The position numbers were made by a program, and so were the translations under genes. Source: Thecamonas trahens ATCC 50062 (taxonomy: Eukaryota > Protista > Apusomonadida). From it: a stretch of 64,000 nt of DNA. Under the pieces are notes generated by a model, which was not told where the DNA came from, made no database searches, and saw only the letters and a program-made list of their open reading frames with translations. Where the stretch lies: assembly GCF_000142905.1 (NCBI RefSeq), contig NW_013657614.1:84727-148726 (forward strand), written 5' to 3'. Positions 1 to 9,993 of the stretch are shown piece by piece; position 1 is the first letter of the stretch; every line of letters starts with the position of its first letter.

Positions 1-1233
1 CGTACGGGTCGCGGACACAGGCCGGACGCGCGGCGGCGCGCGCAGCGTTCACCACGGCGCGGAACTGAGCGTCTTCGGCATCTTCGCGCTTCTTGCGCTC
101 AGCGGCGCGGACGGCGCGCGCTTCCTCTTCGTCCCTCCGCAGCAGCGGCAGCGGCTGCGCGTGCGCGCGCTCCCATGTCAGCGGCAGCGCATCGCCATCG
201 TGGTCGCTCNNNNNNNNNNNNNNNNNNNNNNNNNNNNNNNNNNNNNNNNNNNNNNNNNNNNNNNNNNNNNNNNNNNNNNNNNNNNNNNNNNNNNNNNNNN
301 NNNNNNNNNCTCGCCGTCGTCGTCACCGTCGTCGTCGTCGTCGGAGAAGCCCATCATCTCAGACTTGATGACGGTCTTGCGCTCAAGGGCGAGGCCGTCG
401 TAGGCGTAGCGCAGCGGCGGGTTGACGGCACCCTCGCCGTACTGCACCCACCGGCCCATCTCCTGGTGTTTCTCCTGCATCCTGCGCTCGACAGCAAGGA
501 CGGTGATGGGCTCATGCGGGACGAGCCGCGTCGGCCCGGGCAGCTCGATAGGCAAGTCGGCGGCGAGTTCGACCGAGGCCTCGTTGGGGAAGCGGATGGT
601 GTCGCTGGGCGCCGGCTCGCCGCCGACCGGAGTCGAGGTACCCGAGCCGAGGCCCTCGAGTAGATGCGACATGTCCTTGGACGACGCGTTGCGGTCGAGC
701 AGGCCGCGCTTGAGCAAGCGCTTCGACCGCTCTGCAGCCTTGGCCGTGTCGCGGGCAGCGCGCTGGTAGGCGTCGACAAGGGCAGCAAAGCCCGGAGCAT
801 CAGCCGCCGCACGCTGCTTCTTAACCGAGTCGAGGATGAGAACATCCGGCTTGGGATGTGCCAGACCGAGATCAAGCGAGGACCATGCGCAGAAGGGGCA
901 GACAAGGGCGTGGATGCCATCGGCGAGTTGATCTGCATCAAGGGCGAGATGTGCGAGCGGAGCATGATGGAGATCATTGGGCGGAATGTGGAGAGTGGTG
1001 AGGGCAGCGGAGCATGCAGGGCACTCGAAGCACTTTGAGCATCTGTTGGCAAAGAGAGCAGCATCACCAGCAGCCATCGAGTCGAGACAGTTGGGACAGT
1101 AGAAGGACTCGACCGAGGTGGTGGTGCAGAGCGAGCAGACCGTGGCTGTGCAGGTGGCGCAAAAGTAGGCCTCGTCCACCTCTGCATGCGCCCCACACCC
1201 ACATTCTACCCGTGTCCCTGCGTATACATCCAT
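1..1233 (-). CDS. DCTN4: Dynactin p62 subunit (3'-partial; spans gap 210-309)
   Basis: ATG at 1233 (MDVYAG). Cys-rich N-terminus FCxxC..CxxC..FYCPNC..NRCxxCFECPxC..CPFCxWSS is typical of p62. Below the gap the reading continues as ...TWERAHAQP...LCPRP to the window edge. Confidence 0.85.
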
Positions 1234-2338
1234 GGGTGGTGGAGGGGAGGGGGGGGGTGGGGGGGTGGGGGGGGCTAGACGACGACGACGTAACGGAGGG
1301 TAGACGGNNNNNNNNNNNNNNNNNNNNNNNNNNNNNNNNNNNNNNNNNNNNNNNNNNNNNNNNNNNNNNNNNNNNNNNNNNNNNNNNNNNNNNNNNNNNN
1401 NNNNNNNNNNNNNNNNNNNNNNNNNNNNNNNNNNNNNNNNNNNNNNNNNNNNNNNNNNNNNNNNNNNNNNNNNNNNNNNNNNNNNNNNNNNNNNNNNNNN
1501 NNNNNNNNNNNNNNNNNNNNNNNNNNNNNNNNNNNNNNNNNNNNNNNNNNNNNNNNNNNNNNNNNNNNNNNNNNNNNNNNNNNNNNNNNNNNNNNNNNNN
1601 NNNNNNNNNNNNNNNNNNNNNNNNNNNNNNNNNNNNNNNNNNNNNNNNNNNNNNNNNNNNNNNNNNNNNNNNNNNNNNNNNNNNNNNNNNNNNNNNNNNN
1701 NNNNNNNNNNNNNNNNNNNNNNNNNNNNNNNNNNNNNNNNNNNNNNNNNNNNNNNNNNNNNNNNNNNNNNNNNNNNNNNNNNNNNNNNNNNNNNNNNNNN
1801 NNNNNNNNNNNNNNNNNNNNNNNNNNNNNNNNNNNNNNNNNNNNNNNNNNNNNNNNNNNNNNNNNNNNNNNNNNNNNNNNNNNNNNNNNNNNNNNNNNNN
1901 NNNNNNNNNNNNNNNNNNNNNNNNNNNNNNNNNNNNNNNNNNNNNNNNNNNNNNNNNNNNNNNNNNNNNNNNNNNNNNNNNNNNNNNNNNNNNNNNNNNN
2001 NNNNNNNNNNNNNNNNNNNNNNNNNNNNNNNNNNNNNNNNNNNNNNNNNNNNNNNNNNNNNNNNNNNNNNNNNNNNNNGGGGGGAGGTGATCATGGGCAG
2101 GAGTTTGAGCATGGATGGGCACAACCATCCAACAGCGCAGTGATCGGTGTGGTAGCTGAGGTCTACGTGGTACTGAGAATGGTCGTGAGCAGTGAAAACA
2201 TGCTCTCCTTCCCCGCTCCCCCCCCCCCTCTATCCCTCCCGCCCCCCCTCCCTCCGTCCTCCTCCGCTTCATCACCACCTCACTCCCTCCTTGGTCCGAA
2301 AGGCAGATACCCCCTCCCCCTCCCCTACGCGTGCTATC

Positions 2339-3796
2339 ATGGGAAGCAAGAAGGGCAACATGTTCGCCAACGCTGCAAGGATGCGTGGCAGCAAGAGCAA
2401 AAAGTCGGCCGGAGCTGCCAGTGCCGGTGCCGGTGCCGGTGGCGGCAAGGGCAAGGGCAAGGGCAAGGGCAAGGGCAAGGGCAAGGGTGGACGGGCGTCG
2501 ACCGACTCGGACGAGTACGAGTATGCCTACGAGTCGGACGAGTCGGATGAGTACGAGGCCGAGTCGCACGAGTACGAGTCGGACGTGTACGAGGCCGAGT
2601 CGGACGACGAGCTGTCGAGCGCGGGCTCGTCCGAGGGCAAGAAGCCGGCCAGCAAGTCGGGCAAGCGCGGCCGGAAGGGCTTTGGTGCCGGCAACAAGAG
2701 CGGAAGCAAGGCCGGGAGCAAGGCCGGCTCCGGTCGCAAGCGGAGTAGCTCGGGCGGATCGAATCCGTGGATCAAGTCGGGCGGCGGGATCAGGACGCTG
2801 AACAGGGAGGGCTACTCGGACGGGTCGGACATGACCGACTCGGAGTCGATGGGTGTGGCCAAGAACCCGTCTTTCACCGGCCTATATCTCTGTGCGGTGC
2901 TGTTCCTCAACCTGATGGGCATTGCCGCCGTCGCCGCCGCCATTTACTACATGGAACCGCTGCCGTATGTTGTCGGCCTCGGCATCGTCCTCGTCATCAC
3001 CATGTTTGTCATGCTGCGGAGCAAGACCGTTCGCTCGTTTGGCACCAAGATGACAACCACCGAGGGCGAGGCCCGTCTCGAGGCCTGCACCGCCATGCCC
3101 GCATACCTGGTTGTCATCGCTGAGGCCTACCACTACGTCACCGTCCAGGTCAAGACCTCGAAGGGGACCAAGACCAAGCGCAAGAAGGTGACGACGTGGC
3201 GCGGTCGTGAGGAGATCATTCCCGACGACGTCATCGACTGCAGCCAGCAAGTCTCGCTCCAGCGCTACGTCCGCGCCGCCGTCGAGATCGAGTTCAACTA
3301 CGCCATGGCCAACTCCAAGTCGGACGAGCTGTGGGAGGAGTGGCTCGGCGATTACATCGACACCCACGACAACGACGACCACTTCAACATCTCCGTCACC
3401 CTCACTGTGCCCGGCATCGGCTCCTCGGTTAGGCACCGCAAGCACAATTTGATGCTCGTCCCGTGCGACTTTGTCGTCTCCTCTTCGGGCTCCTCCTGCT
3501 GCCTCTCCTATCCGTGGGCCATCATCTCCACCCTCCTCCTCTTCTCTTTCCCCTACCTCGCCTGGGTCGAGCGGAGCACGCCGCGCGAGACCTTCTTCCT
3601 CCGCAAAAAGCTCAAGTTTGTCGACAACGTCATCATCGCCCGCGGCCGCGACGTGCGGGACGTCAACGCCGAGGCTGTCGAGCACATCAACGAGACCCTT
3701 GTCGACCTTGCCCACGCCTCCACCGTAGCCGGCCCGGACGACGAGGACACCGACTCGGATGCCGACTACGACGACTACGGCGAGGTTATCGTCTGA
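2339..3796 (+). CDS. TMEM151-family membrane protein with low-complexity GK/acidic N-terminus
   Basis: First ATG at 2339 (MGSKKG). Two TM helices, then the P-x6-AYHY...RKKVTTW...D-x-S pattern and C-terminal W..STLLLFSFPY, resembling TMEM151. Confidence 0.65.
   Translation: MGSKKGNMFANAARMRGSKSKKSAGAASAGAGAGGGKGKGKGKGKGKGKGGRASTDSDEYEYAYESDESDEYEAESHEYESDVYEAESDDELSSAGSSEGKKPASKSGKRGRKGFGAGNKSGSKAGSKAGSGRKRSSSGGSNPWIKSGGGIRTLNREGYSDGSDMTDSESMGVAKNPSFTGLYLCAVLFLNLMGIAAVAAAIYYMEPLPYVVGLGIVLVITMFVMLRSKTVRSFGTKMTTTEGEARLEACTAMPAYLVVIAEAYHYVTVQVKTSKGTKTKRKKVTTWRGREEIIPDDVIDCSQQVSLQRYVRAAVEIEFNYAMANSKSDELWEEWLGDYIDTHDNDDHFNISVTLTVPGIGSSVRHRKHNLMLVPCDFVVSSSGSSCCLSYPWAIISTLLLFSFPYLAWVERSTPRETFFLRKKLKFVDNVIIARGRDVRDVNAEAVEHINETLVDLAHASTVAGPDDEDTDSDADYDDYGEVIV
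2443..2487 (+). repeat. (GGCAAG)n coding microsatellite (Gly-Lys repeat)
   Basis: About 7 tandem ggcaag units encoding GKGKGK. Confidence 0.9.
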
Positions 3797-4491
3797 GCTC
3801 AGCCGTACACCGCGCACACTCATCCGCGTGACAAACACACACCCCAGTCTTTGTACCCACGCACAATGCCGGCCCATCCACCCGATGCCGATGCCGACAC
3901 ATTCCACATCGCCCAAGCCCAAGAGGTGATCCGTAGGTTCCTCCCCTCCCCCCGCCGGCCTCATCGCCCATCGAACCTTCTCCCCTTCCAGCCATCCACT
4001 CGGACAGCATTGCCAGCATCCCACCCCAGCCCCCAGCCCCACACGCTCTTCACCCATGTCCGCTTCCGCCTTGGACGCGCTTGCCCCAACCCGTCATCGC
4101 CGCGGTTGTCAGCCGCCACCAACGTCGCCGGCTCCAGCCACTGATCATACCGCGAGCACCCGCACGCCGCCGTCAGCACCATCGCACACTCACCGCTCCC
4201 TGTCGTTGTCTCTTCCAGCAGCGCAAGTATGTGCGTTGCACCTGTCTCTGTTGCCCGCCTGCCCTCGGCGCGTCAATGTCAGAAAAAGCCGCGCGCAAAA
4301 AACCGACCTTCGAATTTCTTCGCAATGGAACCTTACTTCCTTCGCGCGTCGCAACCTCAAAAAGAGCCGCTGCTGTGGTGCGGCCTGCGACCGCATCGAT
4401 ACCCATCCATCGCCCCCCGCACACACGCACACATCCCCATATCCATACTCATACCCGGCCTACTAGCCGTGAATCTGTTGGGTCCAGTACC

Positions 4492-6393
4492 ATGTCTAAC
4501 ATTTTGTTTGCTCCGTCGACCGATGTGCTCGCCACGGCCTCGGCCGCGGCCTCGCACCTCTCGACCCACGACGCCATGCTTGTCGAGCTGATGGCAGCTG
4601 CTGCAGTGGTTGCCGCCCGACGCAGTGGCGCTTCACCTCCGCCGCCGCCTCCGCCGCCATCGCCACCAACCAAGGCCGATTTGGCTGCTGCGCCGTGCTC
4701 GATCTGTATGGTGGAGCTGGATGACGATGCGGCCGGATGTTCAGAATCGTCTTTGGCCGACGGCTCTGATGCCACCGCTACCGTCGGGGCGCTCGTCTGC
4801 AAGAAATGCAGCGCGCCGATGTGCTCGAGCTGCGTCCCCTACACCGTTGAGGCTGCGGTGCGCGAGGGTGAGCTTCCGTACTGCGGGGCGTGCAGCCATC
4901 CGCTGGATCTCCGCGCGGTGGCTGTGTGCGCGTCTGTGCCGCCGTCCGCTCGGGCGGCGGTGCTCTCCATCGACGCTGAGCTGCAGTGCACGGTCGACGG
5001 CAAGCATCGGATCAAGTGCTTTGGGTGCAACCGGACGACGTCGATTGCTGATGCCGTCTCGCGCGGTCTGATGCGGACAAATTGCGTCCACTGCTCGATG
5101 CGGCTGTGCGTGGTGTGCGAGAGAGTCTTTCCGGCCACCCACGCCCTCGACGAGACCATGCATCGCGAGTGCAGGGCGCGATTTGCGCAGCTCCGCCTGT
5201 TCCGCCAGTTTGAGGAGATGATGATGGAGTGGACAACGCGGGTCTGTCCTGGGCGTTGCGCTGCGGGCAAGCGCGGGGTCAAGGACTCGGCGTGCACTCA
5301 CATGTCGTGCACATGCGCGACGTCGCGGTGGTGCTTCGTGTGCGGCAAGGCGGCATCGGCGGTCGGCTCGCTCTCTGATCACTCGGCGTACCGCGGGCCG
5401 TGGCAGACCTCGCCAAGCCACTGTCCGATGTACCTGTACCTACTGGCACACGTCGACGCGCGCATCGCAGCACTAGGTTGCGGACGCGCCGACTGCCGTC
5501 CCGACGGCTCGTGCCCGTGCGACTCTCGCTGCCGCGCCACCCGCGATTGGGCCGGGCAGACGTTGCTTGCCACCATCCGCGTCCGGGCCCACATCCTCGA
5601 GTTCATGGCAACCCACGGCCCGCGGGCGGTCATCGACGCCCTCGATGCCTTTGACTTTCGTGATGCCGTCGATGCAAACTACTTCAATGGCGAGTTTCCG
5701 TGGGAAGCAGTCGCCGCCGACGGCGTCGCCGCCCTGCCGCACTACGCCGCCTTTGAACCGGATGAGATGCGCGGTTTTTACGCCGCGCGCCATGCTTGGT
5801 TCAACGTTGCTCCGCCCGTGCCGCCGCTTGTGCCGGCCGCGCCCGTTGGACTCATCCCGCAGCCGCCGCTCCTGCCGCCACCCGGCTGGCGGCGTGGCGA
5901 TCCGATTCCACGGCGGGCTGTCCCTCCGCCACCGCCGCCACCCATGGCTGCTGGTCCGCCTCCACCGCCACCGCCGATGGCTGCTGGTCCGCCTCCACCG
6001 CCACCGCCGATGGCTGCTGGCCCGCCGCCGCCGCCACCGCCGATGGCTGCTGGCCCGCCGCCGCCGCCACCGCCGATGGCTGCTGGTCCGCCGCCGCCGC
6101 CGCCGGCGATGCCGCCCAGGCACCAGCGCCAGGAACCGCTCCAGGTGCCGCGAACCCGCAGTCGCTCGCTAGTGCAGCGTCTAATCGGCATTGTCCGCCC
6201 GAACCGGCGACAGTCAAGCGATCCCCACGCCCCGCCTGCGCCGCCGCCGCCTTCGCCGCCACCTCCTCCACCCAGCACTGCCCCGCCGCCGCCGCCGCCC
6301 TCATTGGCCACTCCCCAACAACACTCTCCTCGGCGACGGCGGCGACACAGATCTCGTGCAGGCACAGCTCAACGCCTGCCATCGCTGTCGTAA
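4492..6393 (+). CDS. RBR-type (RING1-IBR-RING2) E3 ubiquitin ligase with polyproline C-terminus
   Basis: Probable ATG at 4492 (MSNILF). RING1 CSIC...CKKC...CSSC...CGAC; IBR-like CFGC...CVHC...CVVC..H; RING2 CPGRC...ACTHMSCTC...WCFVC with the catalytic-type CxH. Confidence 0.75.
   Translation: MSNILFAPSTDVLATASAAASHLSTHDAMLVELMAAAAVVAARRSGASPPPPPPPPSPPTKADLAAAPCSICMVELDDDAAGCSESSLADGSDATATVGALVCKKCSAPMCSSCVPYTVEAAVREGELPYCGACSHPLDLRAVAVCASVPPSARAAVLSIDAELQCTVDGKHRIKCFGCNRTTSIADAVSRGLMRTNCVHCSMRLCVVCERVFPATHALDETMHRECRARFAQLRLFRQFEEMMMEWTTRVCPGRCAAGKRGVKDSACTHMSCTCATSRWCFVCGKAASAVGSLSDHSAYRGPWQTSPSHCPMYLYLLAHVDARIAALGCGRADCRPDGSCPCDSRCRATRDWAGQTLLATIRVRAHILEFMATHGPRAVIDALDAFDFRDAVDANYFNGEFPWEAVAADGVAALPHYAAFEPDEMRGFYAARHAWFNVAPPVPPLVPAAPVGLIPQPPLLPPPGWRRGDPIPRRAVPPPPPPPMAAGPPPPPPPMAAGPPPPPPPMAAGPPPPPPPMAAGPPPPPPPMAAGPPPPPPAMPPRHQRQEPLQVPRTRSRSLVQRLIGIVRPNRRQSSDPHAPPAPPPPSPPPPPPSTAPPPPPPSLATPQQHSPRRRRRHRSRAGTAQRLPSLS
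5923..6110 (+). repeat. 33-bp coding tandem repeat (MAAGPPPPPPP x ~5)
   Basis: Repeated atggctgctgg[t/c]ccgcc...ccg units. Confidence 0.9.
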
Positions 6394-6631
6394 ACATTCC
6401 ATCCCCATCCCCTATGATCCGCATCCCCTATGATCCGCATCCCCTATGACCCCCCCCCCCTCCGCCCCCCTCTCCCCCCTCTCCCCCCTCTCCCCGTTCC
6501 CAGCATTCCATTCATTCCGCCCACCACCCGCACATGCCCCACACCCCACACACCCCACACACCCCACACACACCCCACACACCCCACCCACACATCCATA
6601 CACCCACCCACCCATACACACACACTCGCAC

Positions 6632-7717
6632 ATGTACACCTTCCCCACCCTCAAGACCCAACAGTTCCGCCTCGACGCGGCCCTCCGCACCTCCTCGGAG
6701 GAGGGCGGCGAGTGGGTGGCCCGGTGCCAGGCCGAGCGCGACGCCATGTACACCGTCCTGGCCACCAAGGGGGTCCAGCCTGCCGACGTGGAGGACGCGC
6801 TCATGGGATACCTGCCTTACGCACACTCGCTCGTTGCCACCTTTGAGGAGCATCCCGAGATGCGGACGGACAAGATCATCAGCTACGCATGGACATCGCT
6901 GCTCTATCGCAAGTCAAAGGTGCTCAAGATCGCTAACAAGTACTACGACGTGACCATGATCACCAACGGCGTCGCCGCTGCAAAGGCCAACGCTGCCACA
7001 AAGCTCCTGGCTGACGTCGTCTCGGAGGATGGCTTCCATGACGTCGTCGGTCGTGCCGCTCAGCTCTACCGTGAGGCTGCCGGTATCTGGGAGTTTGCCG
7101 TCGATCGCTACCTCCCGCGCTGGGTCAACTGGCCGTCGGTCCGCCCGCCCGAAGTCATGATCCCGGTCATGCAGGCCTGCGCGTTGGTTGCCCTTGCCAG
7201 CGCCCAGCAGTTGACCGTCAAGAAGGGCGCCCTGACTGGCGTCTCGCCCTCGCTCCTCACCCGCCTCCTCCTCGACGTCAAGGACAAGTACGAGCTCGCC
7301 CTTTCTCTCATCAAGGGCTCGTCCGAGTACGATGACATCGAAAAGGACTTTCGCAAGTTCCTCTCCGTCAACGCACAGTTCCACAAGGCCATTGCCTTCA
7401 AGTTTATGGCCCTCTCCAAGTACTCGCCCGACTCGGGCGAGACCATCGGCGAGGCCGTCACCCTCATCAACGTTGCCAAGGACGCCCTCGACAAGACCGG
7501 CTACCGCTCGCTCGACTCGAGCCTCGCCGAGCTCAAGGCCGCCATCACCGCCGAAGCCGACGAAATCGACGACCTGCATCGCCTCTACAACCGCGAAGCC
7601 GACCAAGTCTACTTTGCTGCTCCCGTAGACCTCGCCCTCATGGAGCTGCCCTCGGCTCGCGCCGTCGCCAAACCAATCGCCTTTGACGAGCCCGAGCTGC
7701 TGTTCAACGAGCTGTGA
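6632..7717 (+). CDS. BRO1-domain-only protein (BROX-like, ESCRT-III interactor)
   Basis: ATG at 6632 (MYTFPT). Motifs Y.WTS, YREAAGIWEF, LASAQQLTVKK, IGEAV, YNREADQVYF match the Bro1 fold. Confidence 0.8.
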   Translation: MYTFPTLKTQQFRLDAALRTSSEEGGEWVARCQAERDAMYTVLATKGVQPADVEDALMGYLPYAHSLVATFEEHPEMRTDKIISYAWTSLLYRKSKVLKIANKYYDVTMITNGVAAAKANAATKLLADVVSEDGFHDVVGRAAQLYREAAGIWEFAVDRYLPRWVNWPSVRPPEVMIPVMQACALVALASAQQLTVKKGALTGVSPSLLTRLLLDVKDKYELALSLIKGSSEYDDIEKDFRKFLSVNAQFHKAIAFKFMALSKYSPDSGETIGEAVTLINVAKDALDKTGYRSLDSSLAELKAAITAEADEIDDLHRLYNREADQVYFAAPVDLALMELPSARAVAKPIAFDEPELLFNEL

Positions 7718-7778
7718 GACACTCACACGCATACGCATACACACCAACAAACTTCATAAACTCTGCGCTCTTGCCCCT

Positions 7779-9500
7779 TTACTCGGTCGCGTCTGGAGCT
7801 GTTGGCGTCGCGCTGGTCATCGGGTCGTGGTCGACGATGGTTTCGAGGTTGTAGCGGGCGCGGATGTCGGCGGCAAACTCGGGGTCGACCCTCTCGATGC
7901 CGACGCAGATCTCCTCCAACAGCGGAGCATCGGCGCAGAGCGAGTAGAAGAGGTCGACGTCAAAGCCGCGCTCGTCGTCCGACTTGCGCAGCTCCTCAAG
8001 CTCGGCGGCAGGTGTCTCCATCGACGAGTCAGTCGACTCCTTGGCGCCGGTGACCCGGAGCGCCATGACGTCGATGGCCATGACAGCCATGACCGACTGC
8101 ACGAAGCCGGCAATGAGGTCGTCAAGCCCGATGCCAAGCTGCGCAAACTGCCGCCGGTCGCAAAGGATGAGGCGCGACGAGTCGGTCGAAGAGAGCGAGG
8201 TAGAGAGGTTCGTCCCGAGGCACGCCCAGGAGTCGAGCCCGTCGTCGATGGCACGCGGCAGCGGCTCGCGCGCACGCCGCGCGTACATGGCCAGCGGCGC
8301 AAGCCCACGGCCGGGCACGTTGCCCACCATGAACCGCAGGTCCGCCACAAACGTCTTGCCCTTCTTCGTCGGCATCATGCCCACGTGGTACAGCCGCCCG
8401 GCGCCCGGTGTGTGCGACGACCAGTTAGCCCCGCCCACCAGGCCCTGCACAATGAACACGTCGTACGGAAGGCTCTTGGCATCCTCCATAAACTCCGCGA
8501 GCTCGCGCGGCGAAGTGATGCACCACACCCCGGCTCCGGCGTTGCCATACGGCGACTTGACCACCGCCACTCCGCCGAGCGATGCCACGTACAGCGGGAC
8601 CGACGCAAGCTGCACATCGTTGACCGTGTACGGCGCCAGAATCCGGAGACCAGAGTCCGAAAGCTGCGCAGAGAGGAGCTTGTACGCCTTGGACGCCACA
8701 AGCTTGTTGCGCCCTCCTGCGAGGCACGCCGCCACAGAGTTCATGATCACCGTCTTGATCGGAGTCACCGGCAGCGCGCACCATGGCTTCTGAGTCACGT
8801 ACCGCATGCACGCCCGGATTGCCACCCACTCGCCCTCGGGCGAGAGCACATACATGACCGAGTCCTCAAACTTGACCGCGGGCTCGTCGTCGTTGTAGTG
8901 GTACTCGACAAGGAAGACCTCCTCGTCAAAGACGTCGGCCATCGTCTTGGCATAGCCCGACGCCTCCATGTAGTTCTTGTCAAACAGGACCGCCAGCCGG
9001 CCGCCGGGCACCCGCTCGGACGACCCGGCTTCGGCCGTTTTGAACGCCGTCTGCATGTGCGTCGCGTACGCCCCGTGCTCGATCGAGTCGTTGAGCGGCG
9101 GCATCGACTTTTGCCCCGACGGGCTCGAGTTGGTCTCCACCACGCACATCCGCCGAACACCCTCGGCGTTGGTCACGTTGAACAGATCCGTCCCCGCCCA
9201 CGGCAGGAGCTGCGGCTCGTAGTTGAGCACCTGCTTGAGCGCATCCTCATCAACCTCGGGATGGAGGTGCGAGTAGCGAGCAGCAATCTGCTCCTTTGTC
9301 ATGTTGAAAAAGTACGAGACCAGCGGATGTGGGACGGCATTGAGCGTCCGCTCGTAGAAATGATCCGAAGGCACAAAGGTTCCAGGAGAAACAACCACCG
9401 TCGAACCCTCCACTCCCTTGAGCAGCCGCTGCCGCTTGCCGCTTGCGTCCGTGTCGGCCTTTGAAAAGTACTTGGCCTTGCCAGCTGCTTCCGCGCTCAT
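7779..9500 (-). CDS. Circularly permuted ATP-grasp ligase-like protein
   Basis: GTDLF...VVETNSSPSG (D...ExN..PSG) lies N-terminal to NK, VVKSPYGNAGAG, IVQ and ADLR, the permuted order of CP ATP-grasp families. Confidence 0.7.
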   Translation of the reverse strand: MSAEAAGKAKYFSKADTDASGKRQRLLKGVEGSTVVVSPGTFVPSDHFYERTLNAVPHPLVSYFFNMTKEQIAARYSHLHPEVDEDALKQVLNYEPQLLPWAGTDLFNVTNAEGVRRMCVVETNSSPSGQKSMPPLNDSIEHGAYATHMQTAFKTAEAGSSERVPGGRLAVLFDKNYMEASGYAKTMADVFDEEVFLVEYHYNDDEPAVKFEDSVMYVLSPEGEWVAIRACMRYVTQKPWCALPVTPIKTVIMNSVAACLAGGRNKLVASKAYKLLSAQLSDSGLRILAPYTVNDVQLASVPLYVASLGGVAVVKSPYGNAGAGVWCITSPRELAEFMEDAKSLPYDVFIVQGLVGGANWSSHTPGAGRLYHVGMMPTKKGKTFVADLRFMVGNVPGRGLAPLAMYARRAREPLPRAIDDGLDSWACLGTNLSTSLSSTDSSRLILCDRRQFAQLGIGLDDLIAGFVQSVMAVMAIDVMALRVTGAKESTDSSMETPAAELEELRKSDDERGFDVDLFYSLCADAPLLEEICVGIERVDPEFAADIRARYNLETIVDHDPMTSATPTAPDATE

Positions 9501-9504
9501 GATT

Positions 9505-9505
<1 letters not shown>

Positions 9506-9537
<32 letters not shown>
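9506..9537 (+). repeat. (GA)n microsatellite immediately upstream of the ATP-grasp ATG
   Basis: About 15 GA units. Confidence 0.9.
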
Positions 9538-9540
<3 letters not shown>

Positions 9541-9690
9541 GTGCTGCGCGCTTGTGGGTGAGTGTTCCCGATCGGTCGGCTTGTGGCACCTGTATGTGTT
9601 TTGGGAAGAAGTCGTCATGCCACGCTCTCGTCACATAGTGCTGCCTTTTTGTCAGGAATTCCACTCGTGGCCAAAAAAAGCTCTCAAATG

Positions 9691-9810
9691 GCCGCTTTGT
9701 CCGCTTTGTCCGCTTTGTCCGCTTTGTCCGCTTTGTCCACCTCGTCCGCCTCGTCCGCCATTCTCGCCAAGCACTGGTTTGTCCACCATTCTTACCAAGC
9801 ACTGGTTTGA
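9691..9810 (+). repeat. Intergenic 9-bp tandem repeat plus a 14-bp direct repeat
   Basis: (ccgctttgt) x5, then ccaagcactggttt occurs twice. Confidence 0.85.
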
Positions 9811-9993
9811 CCACAGCTACTGCCGTTAATGCATCCCGCCCTCCTCCTCCTCGCCACCGCCGTGCGCAGGATCGTCGACCAAGGCTCAAGTCGGCCGGTC
9901 AAGCCGAGCTCCGGCTCCAGCCCTTGCATCATGCCCTCCTCTCCCATCAGGCTCATCATAACTTGAAAGACTTCATTTTCTCCACCTGCACAA

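Noticed and set aside
1308-2078. ORFs running through N-gaps
   Set aside because: They are artefacts of translating Ns; gap content cannot be assessed.
5923-6300. Formin gene
   Set aside because: Only an FH1-like tract is present; there is no FH2 domain.
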